Source: Pseudomonadota bacterium
GTDB lineage: Bacteria > Pseudomonadota > Gammaproteobacteria > JAKAQQ01
Direction: 5' to 3'
Assembly: GCA_027320085.1 (NCBI GenBank)
Contig: DAHVLZ010000037.1
Location: forward strand, 20,392-84,391
Length of the DNA stretch: 64,000 nucleotides
The notes below the pieces were generated by a model. That model did not search any database. It worked only from the letters and a program-made list of their open reading frames with translations, and had not been told where the DNA came from. How positions within the stretch are numbered: position 1 is the first letter of the stretch; every line of letters begins with the position of its first letter. The translations under genes were made by a program, and so were the position numbers. Positions 1 through 8,695 of this stretch are shown piece after piece.

Positions 1-113
1 TTTTCAATCAGGTCCGCAACGAGGAGGACCAAGATGATCACGAAGGCCCCGACCAGGAGGTAGTGGTGATGCGTAAAGATAGTGAACTGCCGGATCAGGA
101 AGGGAATGGACAC
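1..113 (-). CDS. 5' part of a probable membrane-anchored rhodanese-like protein (YibN-like), truncated by the window edge
   Basis: GTG at 113 opens VSIPFLIRQFTIFTHHHYLLVGAFVIILVLLVADLIE, an N-terminal TM helix like YibN. It is divergent from envC, as in the conserved yibN/envC neighbourhood. Confidence 0.5.
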   Translation of the reverse strand, partial: MSIPFLIRQFTIFTHHHYLLVGAFVIILVLLVADLIE

Positions 114-162
114 ACCCGTCTGCCGATGGGAAATTTATGAGCGAAAATTATAGCCTATTCGT

Positions 163-1374
163 GTGCGGAGACCGGATTTGCAACCCCGTGGGTGCCCTGC
201 CCTTTCTGGATGGGTGCTTATTCGCGAATGGTGGATTCCATCAGGTTTTGTCCTGCTTTCCAGTGTGGCTGCAGCGGCATGGGCCGGGGGGCGTCCGCCG
301 CTGGCGCACTCGACCCGCCTAGCCCGTCTCCAGCACGAAATGCGGGGCATTTCCCAAGCCCTGGCCCACTCGAAAGCCCGTGCAGTACGGACCCGCCTCG
401 CCTTGCGTCATACCGTGCAGCGGATCCAGGCCAACCGGGTCAGGCTCGTGGAGATCAGTCGGCGGATTACTGAGGAAGACAAACGAAAAACCCATCTGGA
501 TCGGCGTGAGCAGATCTTGGAGGTCCAGTTGCACGAGAGCCGTAAGCAACTGCTCCATCTCATGCAGGTTCGCTTTATGCTCGGATCGAAGCAGCGATTA
601 CGGTTTTTGCTGGAAAGCGGGTCGGTTGACCGGCTCGACCGGCTGTTAGGTGAGTGGCGATGGCTCGATCAGGCGGCTACGGTCAGTCTCAAACGGGCCG
701 AGCACCTCGAGCAGCAGATAACTCGCTCACGCTTGGCCGTCTCCCAGCTGCTGGACCGCCTGCGTGACATCCGTGCAGTGCGGGAGCGGTCGATGGTCAT
801 TCTCGGGGCGGATCGGGCCCGACACGCCGCGCTTCTTTATGCTCTCTCGAACCGGGTGAGTGCAGGCGAACTTCGCCTGCATGCAGTCCGGCTCCACTAT
901 CACGAATTGTCTACCCTGTTGGCGCATCTGCCCACCCGCACGGCACTCCCGAACGTCGGATCTGGTGCGGCCGAACGAATTCCCTTCGAGCATCTGCGCG
1001 GTCATCTCCCTTGGCCTGTTCGCGGAACGATCGTCCGTGGTTTCGGATCCGCCGAGGCGGGTGGCCTGCTTTTGAGTCATGGCCTCTGGATTGCCACCCA
1101 GTCAGAGGCGCAGGTCAGGGCGGTCGCCCATGGGCAGGTGGTTTTTTCAGGCTGGTTGCCGCATTTTGGGCTGCTTCTCATTGTTGCCCAAGGGCAGGGT
1201 TACTACACGGTTTATGCACGCAATGTCCTGCTGTACGAGCAGGTAGGGGATTGGGTCAATGCTGGGGATCCCCTCGGTCGTCTGGGGCCAGGCCATGCTG
1301 CCGAGCTGTATTTCCAGATTCGTCGGGGTGCCCAACCCATCGATCCGGCCCCGTGGTTGACTCCGGGCGGATAG
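163..1374 (+). CDS. envC: Murein hydrolase activator EnvC (coiled coil + M23 peptidase-like domain); true start probably somewhat downstream
   Basis: Signal-like segment, long coiled coil, C-terminal LPWPVRG...VRAVAHGQVVFSGWL...LYFQIRRGAQPIDP. Confidence 0.85.
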   Translation: MRRPDLQPRGCPALSGWVLIREWWIPSGFVLLSSVAAAAWAGGRPPLAHSTRLARLQHEMRGISQALAHSKARAVRTRLALRHTVQRIQANRVRLVEISRRITEEDKRKTHLDRREQILEVQLHESRKQLLHLMQVRFMLGSKQRLRFLLESGSVDRLDRLLGEWRWLDQAATVSLKRAEHLEQQITRSRLAVSQLLDRLRDIRAVRERSMVILGADRARHAALLYALSNRVSAGELRLHAVRLHYHELSTLLAHLPTRTALPNVGSGAAERIPFEHLRGHLPWPVRGTIVRGFGSAEAGGLLLSHGLWIATQSEAQVRAVAHGQVVFSGWLPHFGLLLIVAQGQGYYTVYARNVLLYEQVGDWVNAGDPLGRLGPGHAAELYFQIRRGAQPIDPAPWLTPGG

Positions 1375-1454
1375 TTTCAGGCCCATCTGCACGCGGATAA
1401 TCTCACCCGCATCCCCAAGCTCTTTGTATCGGAAGATTGAATGTCTTGGGGGAC

Positions 1455-2045
1455 CTAAGAGTTCCGCATGCAAAGAGGGCTCGTACGGGGGAAATGTGCC
1501 TTCAGGAACTCCATTTGGTCGGCCAGGATCCGGCGTCCCTTGAGGTAGATGTACTCGGCGTGGTTGGGGGCGAAGGGGATGGCCAACAGGCTGAGCCCGG
1601 CTTCCTCCGGGGTACGCCCGGCCTTGCGATTGTTGCAACGCTTGCAGGCTGTGACCGAGTTAGTCCATTCGTCTCGGCCGCCGCGTGACAGTGGTGTCAC
1701 GTGATCCCGGGAAAGCTGGTTCGCCGGGAAGGAATCCCCACAGTAGAGACAGAGGTGAGCGTCACGTCTGAACAGGGCACGATTGCTCAAGGGAGGAATG
1801 TAGTCACGGAAAACACGGTCGTAGAGTGCGCCGTCGGCACGTGTTGCCAAGATGGCATGGATCGTGATGCGACTCTGTCTTCCAGTCACGGCATTGGTAC
1901 CGCCGTGGATGTGGTAGAGCATCCGGCCGAAGGTTGCGCACACCTCACTCAGGCAATGCAGCTTGACGGCTTCTTGGTAGCCGATCCACTCGAGCGGGAC
2001 TCCCGCCGGGTCGGTGCGCAGCACCTGTTGGTTCAGGGCGTACAT
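1455..2045 (-). CDS. HNH endonuclease family protein
   Basis: LFRRDAHLCLYCG...SRDHVTPLSRGG...WTNSVTACKRCNNRK: two CxxC pairs plus the HNH core. Confidence 0.9.
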   Translation of the reverse strand: MYALNQQVLRTDPAGVPLEWIGYQEAVKLHCLSEVCATFGRMLYHIHGGTNAVTGRQSRITIHAILATRADGALYDRVFRDYIPPLSNRALFRRDAHLCLYCGDSFPANQLSRDHVTPLSRGGRDEWTNSVTACKRCNNRKAGRTPEEAGLSLLAIPFAPNHAEYIYLKGRRILADQMEFLKAHFPRTSPLCMRNS

Positions 2046-2149
2046 GTGATGGATTGTACACGCTTTCCCGCAGGCGAAAAGCCCCCTTTCCCCGCCTTCA
2101 TGCGGCCATCCGTTACAATCACGCTGTCACCCAACCTAAGGATTCCGGC

Positions 2150-3268
2150 ATGCGGTTGTTTGTTCCCTCCCTGGCTACCTCGGGGGACAAGCGTGTTGCG
2201 GTTGTCCCACAGCTTATCGAGCGATTCGAAGCGTTGGGTTTTACGATCGGAGTTGAACGCGGGGCTGGACTGGCGGCGGGTTTCCCCGATGAGGCCTATG
2301 GGCCCCATCTGGTGGACGCCGGGGCCATGGCCGGAGCAGATCTTGTGCTGACGCTTGGAGGGCTTCCGGGAGTGGAACGGCTGACGCCGGGAACCCGCCT
2401 GCTGGGGTTGCTGAGACCTTGGGCGCAGGCCGAGCTCGGCGGCCGCTTGGCTGCGCTCAGCACGACCGCCTGGGCGCTTGAATACCTGCCACGGATCTCC
2501 CGGGCCCAGTCAATGGATGCACTTTCCTCACAGGCCACCTGTGCTGGGTACCGGGGCGCCATTCTTGCAGCAGAAGCCTCCGGCCATGTGTTTCCCCTCC
2601 TCACGACTGCAGCGGGCACGCTGCGTCCAGCCGAGGTTCTGGTCTTGGGGGCCGGTGTCGCCGGGCTCCAAGCCATTGCCACGGCACGTCGTCTGGGTGC
2701 TCGGGTTGCGGGTTACGATATCCGCCCCGAGGCTCGAGAACAGATCCTCTCGCTCGGCGCGCGAGCCGTTGAATCTGCGCTTACTGCCGGCGGCCAAGGC
2801 GGATACGGACGCGAGCTCACTGCTGATGAACGACAGCGGGAAAGGGAACTTTTGGAGCGCGAGATCCGTGCGGCGAACGTGATCATTGCCGCTGCGTTTG
2901 TTCCCGGACGCTCGGCTCCCTGCTTGATCCGGTCTGAAGACGTGGATGCACTCGCACCCGGTAGTGTCATTGTTGATCTGGCTGCGGACGAAGGGGGCAA
3001 CTGTGCCTTGAGTCGTCCGGGCGAGATCGTGTCACGGGCAGGGGTTCGTATCCTGGCGCCCCGCTTGCCCGCTGCGGATCTGGCGTGGCATGCGAGTGAA
3101 ATGTATTGCCGGAATCTCTGGCACTTCCTGAAGTCCGCTGTGGCCGATGGGAAGTGGGCAGTGGACTGGTCGGATCCGGTCTACCGCGAGACTCTCTGGA
3201 CTCATGCGGGCCGAATCCGTCCGGTCGGCGAAGCTCCACTTACGGTCACCGAGGATCCGTCGACATGA
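2150..3268 (+). CDS. pntA: NAD(P) transhydrogenase alpha subunit, domain I
   Basis: PRISRAQSMDALSSQ, GAGVAGLQAIATARRLGA, GGQGGYGRE, VDLAADEGGNC motifs. Confidence 0.93.
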   Translation: MRLFVPSLATSGDKRVAVVPQLIERFEALGFTIGVERGAGLAAGFPDEAYGPHLVDAGAMAGADLVLTLGGLPGVERLTPGTRLLGLLRPWAQAELGGRLAALSTTAWALEYLPRISRAQSMDALSSQATCAGYRGAILAAEASGHVFPLLTTAAGTLRPAEVLVLGAGVAGLQAIATARRLGARVAGYDIRPEAREQILSLGARAVESALTAGGQGGYGRELTADERQRERELLEREIRAANVIIAAAFVPGRSAPCLIRSEDVDALAPGSVIVDLAADEGGNCALSRPGEIVSRAGVRILAPRLPAADLAWHASEMYCRNLWHFLKSAVADGKWAVDWSDPVYRETLWTHAGRIRPVGEAPLTVTEDPST

Positions 3269-3555
3269 ACGATGCCTTTGTGTTGTTACTTGCGGCTTTT
3301 ACCGGATACGAGATCATTTCCCGAGTTCCGGCACTTCTCCATACCCCGCTCATGTCTGGCACGAATTTCATCCATGGGATCATTCTAGTGGGATCGCTTC
3401 TCCTCTTTTTCACTGCACAGGGTTCAACGGCTCAGGTCCTGGCCTGGATTGGCATCGTTCTGGCTTCAGCCAACGTGGTCGGTGGTTTCGTGACGACAGA
3501 GCGGATGTTGGCTTTATTCCGGAGCGGGCGCCAGGAGGAGGCACACGATGATTGA
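3265..3555 (+). CDS. NAD(P) transhydrogenase alpha subunit, membrane part (split pntA)
   Basis: LHTPLMSGTNFIHG and ANVVGGFVTTERML motifs; ATGA overlap with the upstream gene. Confidence 0.92.
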   Translation: MNDAFVLLLAAFTGYEIISRVPALLHTPLMSGTNFIHGIILVGSLLLFFTAQGSTAQVLAWIGIVLASANVVGGFVTTERMLALFRSGRQEEAHDD

Positions 3556-4921
3556 GGGGGGGCTGGTTGCGGATCTCATTGCCTGTGCGCTCCTGATCGG
3601 TGGAGTCAAGGCCATGAGCCATCCCCGTCATGCTCGACGCGGCATTTTCATCGCCGGGGTGGGGATGCTGGTTGCGATTCTCGGTAATGCCATCTTCGGT
3701 CCAACCGTGACGGGCATGCGGGCCGCGCTCGCGTTAGCAGCCATTGCCTTGGGTGGAGGGCTCGCCTGGTACGAGAGCCGACGTGTGGCCATGACCGCCA
3801 TGCCCCAGATGGTGGCCCTTTTCAATGGATTGGGCGGTGGCGCTGCAGCACTCATCGTGGTGACTCGCCTCTTCGAACCTGGCCGGCCTGCCGGCCCATT
3901 CCTCGTTTTAGGGTGTTTGGCCCTTGCGATTGGCGGTCTGTCTTTCGGAGGTAGCGGAGTCGCGCTGATCAAGCTGGCCGGCCGGTGGAGCAAACCTCTG
4001 CGCTTTCGGTTCCAGAACGGGGTGCATGCCGTTCTCGTTTTGGTGATCCTCGGACTCGGTACCGGGCTTCTTCTTCATGTAGGTCCCCGCAGTGGGTTCG
4101 TGGTTCTGCTCGCGATCCTGAGTGTGCTACTGGGTGTGGGTGCAGCAGCTCCCATCGGCGGCGCCGACATGCCGGTTGTCATCTCGCTCTACAACGCCCT
4201 GACCGGAGTTGCGGTTGGGGTTGACGGACTCATGCTCGGGAATCCGGCCCTGATCGTCGCGGGAACCGTGGTTGGTGCGTCGGGTATCCTGTTGACCCGT
4301 CTCATGGCCCGTGCCATGAACCGTTCCCTGGGGCAGGTCCTGTTCGCCCATTTCGGTGAGGTCTCCGGAGTCGACGGTTCCGGTAGCGGAACCTTCAAGG
4401 AGATGGATCTCGCGGACGCAGCGGTGACACTGGCCTACGCACGGCGGGTCCGGGTCGTTCCCGGGTACGGGCTCGCCACCGCCCAAGCCCAGCACAAACT
4501 GGCCGAACTCACCGAACTTCTTCGCCAGCGTAATGTGGAGGTCCGTTTTGCGATTCACCCCGTGGCGGGGCGCATGCCCGGGCACATGAACGTGCTCCTT
4601 GCGGAAGCCGGTGTCCCTTACGATCTTGTCCAGGATCTCGAAGAGGCTAATCCGGAGTTTCCCCAAATCGACGTCGCGCTTGTGATCGGGGCCAACGATG
4701 TGGTGAATCCCGGTGCCCGCAACAACCCGTCAAGCCCGTTATATGGAATGCCGGTTCTCGATGCCGACCGCGCCCGCCGGACGCTTGTCATTAAGCGGGG
4801 ACGGGGAACCGGATTTGCGGGGGTCGAAAATCCACTGTTTTCAGCGGAGTCGACTTATCTGCTGTATGGCGATGCCAAGGCGGTTCTCGGGCAACTGGTC
4901 GGTGCCGTCAAGTCACTCTAA
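3548..4921 (+). CDS. pntB: NAD(P) transhydrogenase beta subunit
   Basis: MPQMVALFNGLGG, IGGADMPVVISLYN, HPVAGRMPGHMNVLLAEA, GANDVVNP. Confidence 0.96.
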   Translation: MIEGGLVADLIACALLIGGVKAMSHPRHARRGIFIAGVGMLVAILGNAIFGPTVTGMRAALALAAIALGGGLAWYESRRVAMTAMPQMVALFNGLGGGAAALIVVTRLFEPGRPAGPFLVLGCLALAIGGLSFGGSGVALIKLAGRWSKPLRFRFQNGVHAVLVLVILGLGTGLLLHVGPRSGFVVLLAILSVLLGVGAAAPIGGADMPVVISLYNALTGVAVGVDGLMLGNPALIVAGTVVGASGILLTRLMARAMNRSLGQVLFAHFGEVSGVDGSGSGTFKEMDLADAAVTLAYARRVRVVPGYGLATAQAQHKLAELTELLRQRNVEVRFAIHPVAGRMPGHMNVLLAEAGVPYDLVQDLEEANPEFPQIDVALVIGANDVVNPGARNNPSSPLYGMPVLDADRARRTLVIKRGRGTGFAGVENPLFSAESTYLLYGDAKAVLGQLVGAVKSL

Positions 4922-5375
4922 CGTGATTCCATCGGCCGAAGGCGTGTGGAATATGCCGACCCTTGGGGTGATGCCGGAGCCAACGCCGATGCTGTATCGG
5001 TCTGAGTTTGCGCCAGTGTTTGAAGAGTGCCCTGCGCCGATCCGGCGGTAGTTTCCGGAAGCGTCGGTAGGCGTTCCGGATCCTGTTGCGCAGGGCTGGC
5101 GGCAGACGATGCCAACGGCGCCAGTTCCGGAGGACACGCTGCCGCTCCCGGGGATTCATGCGTAGCCAGCGCCGGGCACGCTTGAGGAGAAGCAACTGGC
5201 GACCGGGTGGCAAATGGTTCCAACGCCGTGACCAGGGAGAAAGCAGGGGGCGCAAGGGCTCAGGAATTCTGGCTGGTGGCGGTGGTGCAGCCCACCCGGT
5301 CGCGGGAAGGCTGGCCACGAGTGCACAAAAAAACATGGCCCGGCCGGCTCCACGACAGACTATTTTCTGAGTCAC
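4908..5375 (-). CDS. DUF3106-like exported Arg/Trp-rich helical-repeat protein
   Basis: Signal-like N-terminus, then repeats of about 18 aa (RWNHLPP, RWLRMNP, RWHRLPP, RFRKLPP); third gene of an ECF sigma operon; start uncertain. Confidence 0.7.
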   Translation of the reverse strand: MTQKIVCRGAGRAMFFCALVASLPATGWAAPPPPARIPEPLRPLLSPWSRRWNHLPPGRQLLLLKRARRWLRMNPRERQRVLRNWRRWHRLPPALRNRIRNAYRRFRKLPPDRRRALFKHWRKLRPIQHRRWLRHHPKGRHIPHAFGRWNHVRVT

Positions 5376-5382
5376 GGCCAGG

Positions 5383-5742
5383 TCAGCCCAACCGGGCTTT
5401 CTCGTGAAGAGCGAGCCAGCGGTAAAAGGACAGGTGTTCATACAGCCGGGCATCCCCGCGACCCAGGAGGCGGGAAGGTGCGTTCACAATTTCCGGGTGC
5501 GCCGGTCCCAATTGTGGGCCCGGAGTCGGAAGCACGAAAAACAGACCGATGGCCACCACGGCAAGAGTGGCGCTGGAGAAAATCCAGAGCCAGCGCCGAA
5601 ATGGCGATCGGGGTCTGTGCCCCAGCGCTTGATTGCGGGCCCGTGCCAACGCCGTCCAAGTTTCTTGAGGAACGGTCTGCTCCCATACCTCGTAGTGAAA
5701 GCGAATCTTTTGGAACCAGGCCTCGTGAACAGGTTCCGTCAT
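5383..5742 (-). CDS. Putative membrane-anchored anti-sigma factor (DUF3619-like)
   Basis: LARARNQAL motif, single TM helix, C-terminal LYEHLSFYRWL; overlaps the sigma gene stop. Confidence 0.7.
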   Translation of the reverse strand: MTEPVHEAWFQKIRFHYEVWEQTVPQETWTALARARNQALGHRPRSPFRRWLWIFSSATLAVVAIGLFFVLPTPGPQLGPAHPEIVNAPSRLLGRGDARLYEHLSFYRWLALHEKARLG

Positions 5743-6359
5743 GACGGATCCTCCATCTGCTGACGCAAGGTATGCAAAGCCCGTGACAGGTGGGTTTTGA
5801 TGCTGCCTTCGGAGCAACCCATGACCCGGGCCGTAGTCCGGACATCCCAGCCCTCAAGTAGACGCAAGATGAAAGCCTCGCGCTGCCGGCGCGGGAGCGA
5901 TTCGATGATCCGCGACAATCGCTCGAGATCACGCGCACGTTCAAAGGCGACCTCGGGCTGGTTCCGTTCTGCTGCAGGCAGGTTGGCCAGGATATCAGTC
6001 ACTTCCTCAGTCGAGTCACCCGATGGTCGGAAGGCCGCCATCACCGGTCGGCGATGGCGGGCCCGATGGAGATCCTGGATCTGGTTATGGAGGATGCGAA
6101 AGAACAGAGGAGGCCATTCAGAAGCTGGTTTTTGCCCATAGTGACGCGTCAGCTTGAGCATGGACTCCTGGACGGCATCTAGGGCATCATCCCGCTGGCC
6201 CAGGGCAAATGAGGCGATGCGCAGGGCCTTGCGCTCGACGTCCAGAAGGAAGCGTTCGAGTTCGGCCCGTCGCTCCAGAGGTTTTCCATCCCGCCGAACG
6301 GCCATGCGAGGCCCGAATGAGAGCGCCGACTCGTCTATCATCCTCGTAAATGCTGCCAT
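5739..6359 (-). CDS. ECF RNA polymerase sigma factor
   Basis: DDALDAVQESMLKL (region 2), LPRRQREAFILR...TARVMGCSEGSIKTHLSRA (region 4). Confidence 0.93.
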   Translation of the reverse strand: MAAFTRMIDESALSFGPRMAVRRDGKPLERRAELERFLLDVERKALRIASFALGQRDDALDAVQESMLKLTRHYGQKPASEWPPLFFRILHNQIQDLHRARHRRPVMAAFRPSGDSTEEVTDILANLPAAERNQPEVAFERARDLERLSRIIESLPRRQREAFILRLLEGWDVRTTARVMGCSEGSIKTHLSRALHTLRQQMEDPS

Positions 6360-6397
6360 CGTCGACTGTGACCGATTTTATGCTGGGGTCTACTGGG

Positions 6398-6425
6398 TTA
6401 ACGCAACCGGTGGGGGGGGGTTGAC
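6398..6425 (-). promoter_or_regulatory. Putative ECF-type autoregulatory promoter (GTCAAC-N16-CGTTAA) with a 9-bp G/C homopolymer in the spacer
   Basis: Minus strand reads GTCAAC CCCCCCCCACCGGTTG CGTTAA, about 40 bp upstream of the sigma start; matches the AAC-N16-CGT ECF pattern. Confidence 0.55.
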
Positions 6426-8636
6426 ATGGATAAAACCCCAACCCAGGTCGTCAAGGTCGCCGTTTTTTGCCCAAATTTGAACCTCTTGGATTATCTTTGG
6501 CCACTCTCCGAAGCTGGCTTGGGAGATCCCTCTGTCGGGGTGCGCGTCCGTGTGCCCCTAGGACCGCGCAGTGCCGCTGGAATCGTGATGGAAATTCTGC
6601 CATCGAGCCTGCTCCCCACGAGGCGGCTACGGCCCGTCACGGAAGTTCTTGGCCATGAACTCACGCCAGATCTTTGTGAGTTCATCTTCTGGGCCAGCCG
6701 TTACTACCAGATCGCCCCCGGGCTTGCTTTCCAAAGCGTGCTGCCTCCTGCGCTCAAGAGCCTGCAGCACTCCGGCCACAAGTCTAGGATTGTCTGGCGG
6801 ACGACCGGACCCGTTTCGGAGGACCGGTTGCATCGCCTTGGAACCACGAGTCGGCATCTGCTTGATCAGCTCAGGGGATCACCAGAGGGCTGTGAGGACC
6901 GTTCTTTCCCGGCATCGTCTCGTCGCCTTCTTCGTACGCTCCACCGTCGTGGCCTCGTGCTCAGGGTTGAGATGGACGGGATTTCCCACGAGATGGCAAG
7001 GCAGAAAGTTTCGACCGGAAAAATCCTGGAAACACCGCCAGAGGTTCTTAACCCTGCCCAGCTGGCAGCAGTTGGAGCCTTGTCCGACGGTCCGGAACAT
7101 TTTCGCTGCGTGCTTCTCGAGGGGGTCACCGGGAGTGGCAAAACGCGGGTCTATCTTGAAGTTGCACGTCGGTGTCTTGCGCGGGGCCAATCGAGCCTCA
7201 TTCTGGTCCCCGAAATCGCGCTCACCCCCCAGTTGACCCATGAGGCGGCGCGGATCCTTGGTGCTCCACCCTTGGTCTACCATTCGGAACGTTCCAGCGC
7301 CGAGCGCGATCGCACCTGGCAGATCGCCCGTCGCCCACAGCCCTACTGTGTGGTGGGGACCCGGTCGGCGTTGTTTTTGCCCCTGATAAATCCGGGTCTT
7401 ATCGTGATTGACGAGGAGCATGACACCTCGTTCAAGCAACAGGAGGGATTCCGCTACTCTGCGCGTGACCTTGCTGTCTGGCGGGCCCGGCAGCTCGATG
7501 TTCCGATCATCCTCGGATCCGCAACCCCAAGCCTCGAGACCTTGGCCAATGTCGAGAGTGGTCGGTATCAGGTCATCCGGTTGCCGGAGCGGGCAGGCAC
7601 AGGGCAGATTCCGGAATCGATACTGGTGGACATCCGGGGCCAGTCCCTCACCGGGGGGTTGGCGGCAAGCACACTAGTCCGGATGGCGGCACACCTCGAG
7701 GCTGACGGGCAGGTTCTGGTTTATCTCGACCGCCGGGGGTTTGCCCGCCATCTGGTTTGTCCCGCTTGCGGATGGGTTGCCGAATGTCCGGAGTGTGCTG
7801 CATCCTTCACAGTACACCGCACGCCGGATCAACTCCTCTGTCACCGCTGTGGTGGAAACGAACGTCTGCCGGGGATTTGTCCTCACTGCGGGGAGAGTCT
7901 TCTGCCGCGGGGCACCGGGACCGAAAGGATCGAGGCTGTTTTGTCAGAACGATTCCCGGATGTGGGAGTTGTCCGCTTGGACCGGGACCGGGTGAGCCGG
8001 AAGGAGGTACTCGAGACGATCCTGTCCTCGGTCCGCGAACGCCGGGCTCGGATCTTGGTCGGGACACAGATGGTGACCAAGGGGCACGACTTCCATGGAG
8101 TTACCCTAGTCATCGTTGTGGATGCTGACCAAGGCCTTTTCAGTGCCGATTTCAGGGCACCCGAACGGCTCGGGCAGAGGCTCGTGCAGGTTGCCGGCCG
8201 GGCAGGACGTGGAACACGTCCCGGATCCGTGTTGCTGCAGACCCGCCATCCGGAACACCCGCTTTTCCAAGATCTTCTGGCAGGTTCCTATGCGGCTTTT
8301 GCCCGTCGCCTGCTCGACGAACGGCGAGCCGCCGGCTGGCCACCGTATGGCCACTTGGTTCTGGCTACGGCCGAATCATCGGACCGTGAGCGGGCACGGG
8401 GGTTTCTCGAGGACGCAGGGCGCAGATTGGCAGCTCAAGCCGGAGGGGGAGACTGGGTCGTTTGGGGTCCGGCCCCCGCCTTACGGGCCAAACAGGCGGG
8501 TCGCTGGCGTTTCCAGCTCCTCATCCGGGGGGAGAGCCGGGCCTCCCTGCAACGGGCCTGCGGTCAGCTCCTCAACCTGCGGATACCCCGTACCTTGCGC
8601 TTTCATCTCGATGTCGATCCATATGACCTCGGCTGA
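6426..8636 (+). CDS. priA: Primosomal protein N' (replication restart helicase)
   Basis: GVTGSGKT, LVPEIALTPQ, DEEHD, Cys-rich zinc module, QVAGRAGR. Confidence 0.97.
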   Translation: MDKTPTQVVKVAVFCPNLNLLDYLWPLSEAGLGDPSVGVRVRVPLGPRSAAGIVMEILPSSLLPTRRLRPVTEVLGHELTPDLCEFIFWASRYYQIAPGLAFQSVLPPALKSLQHSGHKSRIVWRTTGPVSEDRLHRLGTTSRHLLDQLRGSPEGCEDRSFPASSRRLLRTLHRRGLVLRVEMDGISHEMARQKVSTGKILETPPEVLNPAQLAAVGALSDGPEHFRCVLLEGVTGSGKTRVYLEVARRCLARGQSSLILVPEIALTPQLTHEAARILGAPPLVYHSERSSAERDRTWQIARRPQPYCVVGTRSALFLPLINPGLIVIDEEHDTSFKQQEGFRYSARDLAVWRARQLDVPIILGSATPSLETLANVESGRYQVIRLPERAGTGQIPESILVDIRGQSLTGGLAASTLVRMAAHLEADGQVLVYLDRRGFARHLVCPACGWVAECPECAASFTVHRTPDQLLCHRCGGNERLPGICPHCGESLLPRGTGTERIEAVLSERFPDVGVVRLDRDRVSRKEVLETILSSVRERRARILVGTQMVTKGHDFHGVTLVIVVDADQGLFSADFRAPERLGQRLVQVAGRAGRGTRPGSVLLQTRHPEHPLFQDLLAGSYAAFARRLLDERRAAGWPPYGHLVLATAESSDRERARGFLEDAGRRLAAQAGGGDWVVWGPAPALRAKQAGRWRFQLLIRGESRASLQRACGQLLNLRIPRTLRFHLDVDPYDLG

Positions 8637-8695
8637 AACGACCAACTGCGGGGAGCTTTGGTTACAATATTTTTCATTCAGATCGAGTTTGAAAT

